A DNA stretch of 64,000 bases, taken from the NCBI GenBank assembly GCA_052426225.1, contig JBNJNM010000010.1:682001-746000 (forward strand), written 5' to 3'. The DNA is from Zancudomyces culisetae HAW-14-8 (taxonomy: Eukaryota > Fungi > Kickxellomycota). Under the pieces are notes generated by a model. That model was not told the DNA's origin and ran no database searches. It worked only from the letters and a program-made list of their open reading frames with translations. Positions 62,191 through 64,000 of this stretch are shown in pieces; position 1 is the stretch's first letter; every line of letters starts with the position of its first letter. The translations under genes were made by a program, and so were the position numbers.

Positions 62191-62409
62191 CTACATAAAT
62201 TGCGTTTTGCAAAAGTATCCAGCTTTTCCCACGCTAACACACGCACGAGGGGGTATACATGGCATCTGGTGCCATTCGCCGTTTTTGCAATACTGGAGTG
62301 TTAGAAGATCTCTGCATTTACTTTCACCATCAATACATCTCGAATTTATACCATGGAGTATCAACATAAATACAACGCGCATTGAGATTGTGATTCGAAG
62401 TGCTACCAT
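62191..62409 (-). CDS. Small secreted Cys-rich protein (CBM19-like six-Cys module)
   Basis: Hydrophobic N-terminus, then C-IDGESK-C..QY-C-KNGEW..MP-C..RA-C..YF-C. Confidence 0.6.
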   Translation of the reverse strand: MVALRITISMRVVFMLILHGINSRCIDGESKCRDLLTLQYCKNGEWHQMPCIPPRACVSVGKAGYFCKTQFM

Positions 62410-63568
62410 TTTTTTGATCGGTATATTATATAAAATAGTTTATAGTAAATAGCGTGGCAAAGATAAAAAATAATACAAAAATAAAAACGGTAGAGTATAG
62501 ACCAATATTTATGTGGATAAGATATACTATTTATATTCTGAATAACAAGTATACACCTAAGCAATTTTAACATTTTATTATGAGGTATAAATGTACCGGC
62601 TCTGATGATGTCAAAATAGTCTAATTAATTAACATCCGCCGAGCCTGAATACCTGTATTAGAATTGTTTAGCAAATAAAACAGCCGAATGTACTAGTATT
62701 GGGATAATATTATGACAATGTTATGGGCCCATTGTTTAGCAATAAACCCTAGTGTGTTTAGTGTTCACTTGTTTGTTTGAATATAACAATGGACAGACTT
62801 AGTAATGAAAAGGCGCAATAAATGATACACTGAACAGTTCATAGGAGTATGGTAGGATAAATCGGGTTTGCATTGTCCAAAATTTATGCCGAGGTTAGGG
62901 TCAGTGTTAGTGTTAGTATTAGCTTCATGGTCATGATCAGGATCTTATTTTAACATTTCAAAAGGATTTAAGAAGAAAAAAACATCATAAACATTGCTTA
63001 ATAAAATGGTGTTTTCAGCCATCACTTAGAGGATTAATTTTATCACGCAATGATGTTGCTCTAACCAGGAGAAGACACAAATGTAAATAGAATCGAGTGT
63101 ATAAGATCTACTAACGAGATTTTTGAATTGTAAGACGCTCGATATAAACAATATTTGAATATCGTAAAACAGGTAAAAAAAAAAGATTGGAACATAGACA
63201 GAACCCCAATAGTACACTCCAAATTTTAGAATCATAGTACAGGATAATGATCATTCTAGTAATTAATCATCAGTACATATTACTTGAGGAATGCCTAATC
63301 CGAAAACCATATCCTCAAGGTATGAGACGTATTCTTGGTCTAAAGAGTTTATTAAAATCAATTTAATAAGCAAATTAAAACCGATTAAAGTTCAAAAAAA
63401 AGAGCTAAAAACACGCCAGCGATTTCTTAACGGTACTTTAATAAGATCGTACTAATAAAGGTTGAGGCAAAGACCAATGTCAATCATAAGATAATAAAAT
63501 AAATATGTGGTACTAAAACCAATAATTTAACATCATGGTATAGGAAGCGAGCTAAACTAATCCATAGC

Positions 63569-64000
63569 TTAGTTACAGAATGTTTGAGCAGAATATCCCT
63601 CAAATACAGCAGCACCCATTCTTCCGTAGTCACCCAGCATATTTTCCAAATGTGGTGGAGAATTCATCCACAAGGTGAAAAGTTCCTCAGGATCTGATGA
63701 TCCTTTGCCAACATTTTCTGCAGCGCCGCTGCAGCTAGCACCTGATGCGGAGAATCTTTGTAAGAGACCACCATAGTTCGAGTTATCATGTGTCATTGTG
63801 TTTATTGATGCCTGATATTGACTCTGATCAAGCGCAGCAGCTGTAAGAGTGCCATCTAGGCGCAACTGCTTTAGCCCTTTTGAAGCGCGTAGTTTATTGA
63901 GTAGATCCAAAATGGTTTGTGCAAAGCCATCATCTGATGGAACGCCTCCGGCAAGCTCTGCTACACCACTGCTGTTACCATTATCTTGGGCCCTCTGGGT
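63569..64000 (-). CDS. CAP/SCP (PR-1-like) domain protein; 5' end lies outside the window
   Basis: LLNKLRASKGL..L..AALDQS..MTHD..AAENVG..WMNSPPHLENML..MG..AQTF; frame is open to the window edge. Confidence 0.88.
   Translation of the reverse strand, partial: TQRAQDNGNSSGVAELAGGVPSDDGFAQTILDLLNKLRASKGLKQLRLDGTLTAAALDQSQYQASINTMTHDNSNYGGLLQRFSASGASCSGAAENVGKGSSDPEELFTLWMNSPPHLENMLGDYGRMGAAVFEGYSAQTFCN

Noticed and set aside
62602-62648. C/D box snoRNA (TGATGA...CTGA)
   Set aside because: Too short, with no terminal stem or recognisable guide.

Overview
Eukaryotic DNA, probably from an early-diverging AT-rich fungus (inferred from GT-AG introns with CTAAC/CTAAT branch points and the fungal-type SEC24, JHD1 and acyl-CoA oxidase genes). 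Positions 1-47.9 kb are almost entirely retroelements, ending 8 bp upstream of an intact tRNA-Gln(CTG) gene at 47871-47942. Positions 49-64 kb are ordinary host genes. Main discovery: from 19.8 to 47.9 kb, about 15 Ty3/Gypsy insertions (4 near-full-length, 10 solo LTRs, 1 fragment, roughly 9 LTR families) sit side by side with 0-14 bp spacers rather than nested. Their 4-bp target-site duplications (TSDs) interlock. Peeling them off from the right shows each inserted about 4-11 bp upstream of the same tRNA gene, making a polarised chronological record with the youngest next to the tRNA. Their integrases lack chromodomains and share a conserved C-terminal motif, a candidate Pol III-targeting domain. 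The older left zone (1-19.8 kb) holds a decayed L1/Tx1-like LINE, a truncated DIRS element, two chromoviruses and several nested solo LTRs with 5-bp TSDs. One chromovirus has 120-bp LTRs, a probable self-priming site and a tRNA-headed structured RNA in its 3' UTR. All coordinates and alignments were made by eye.
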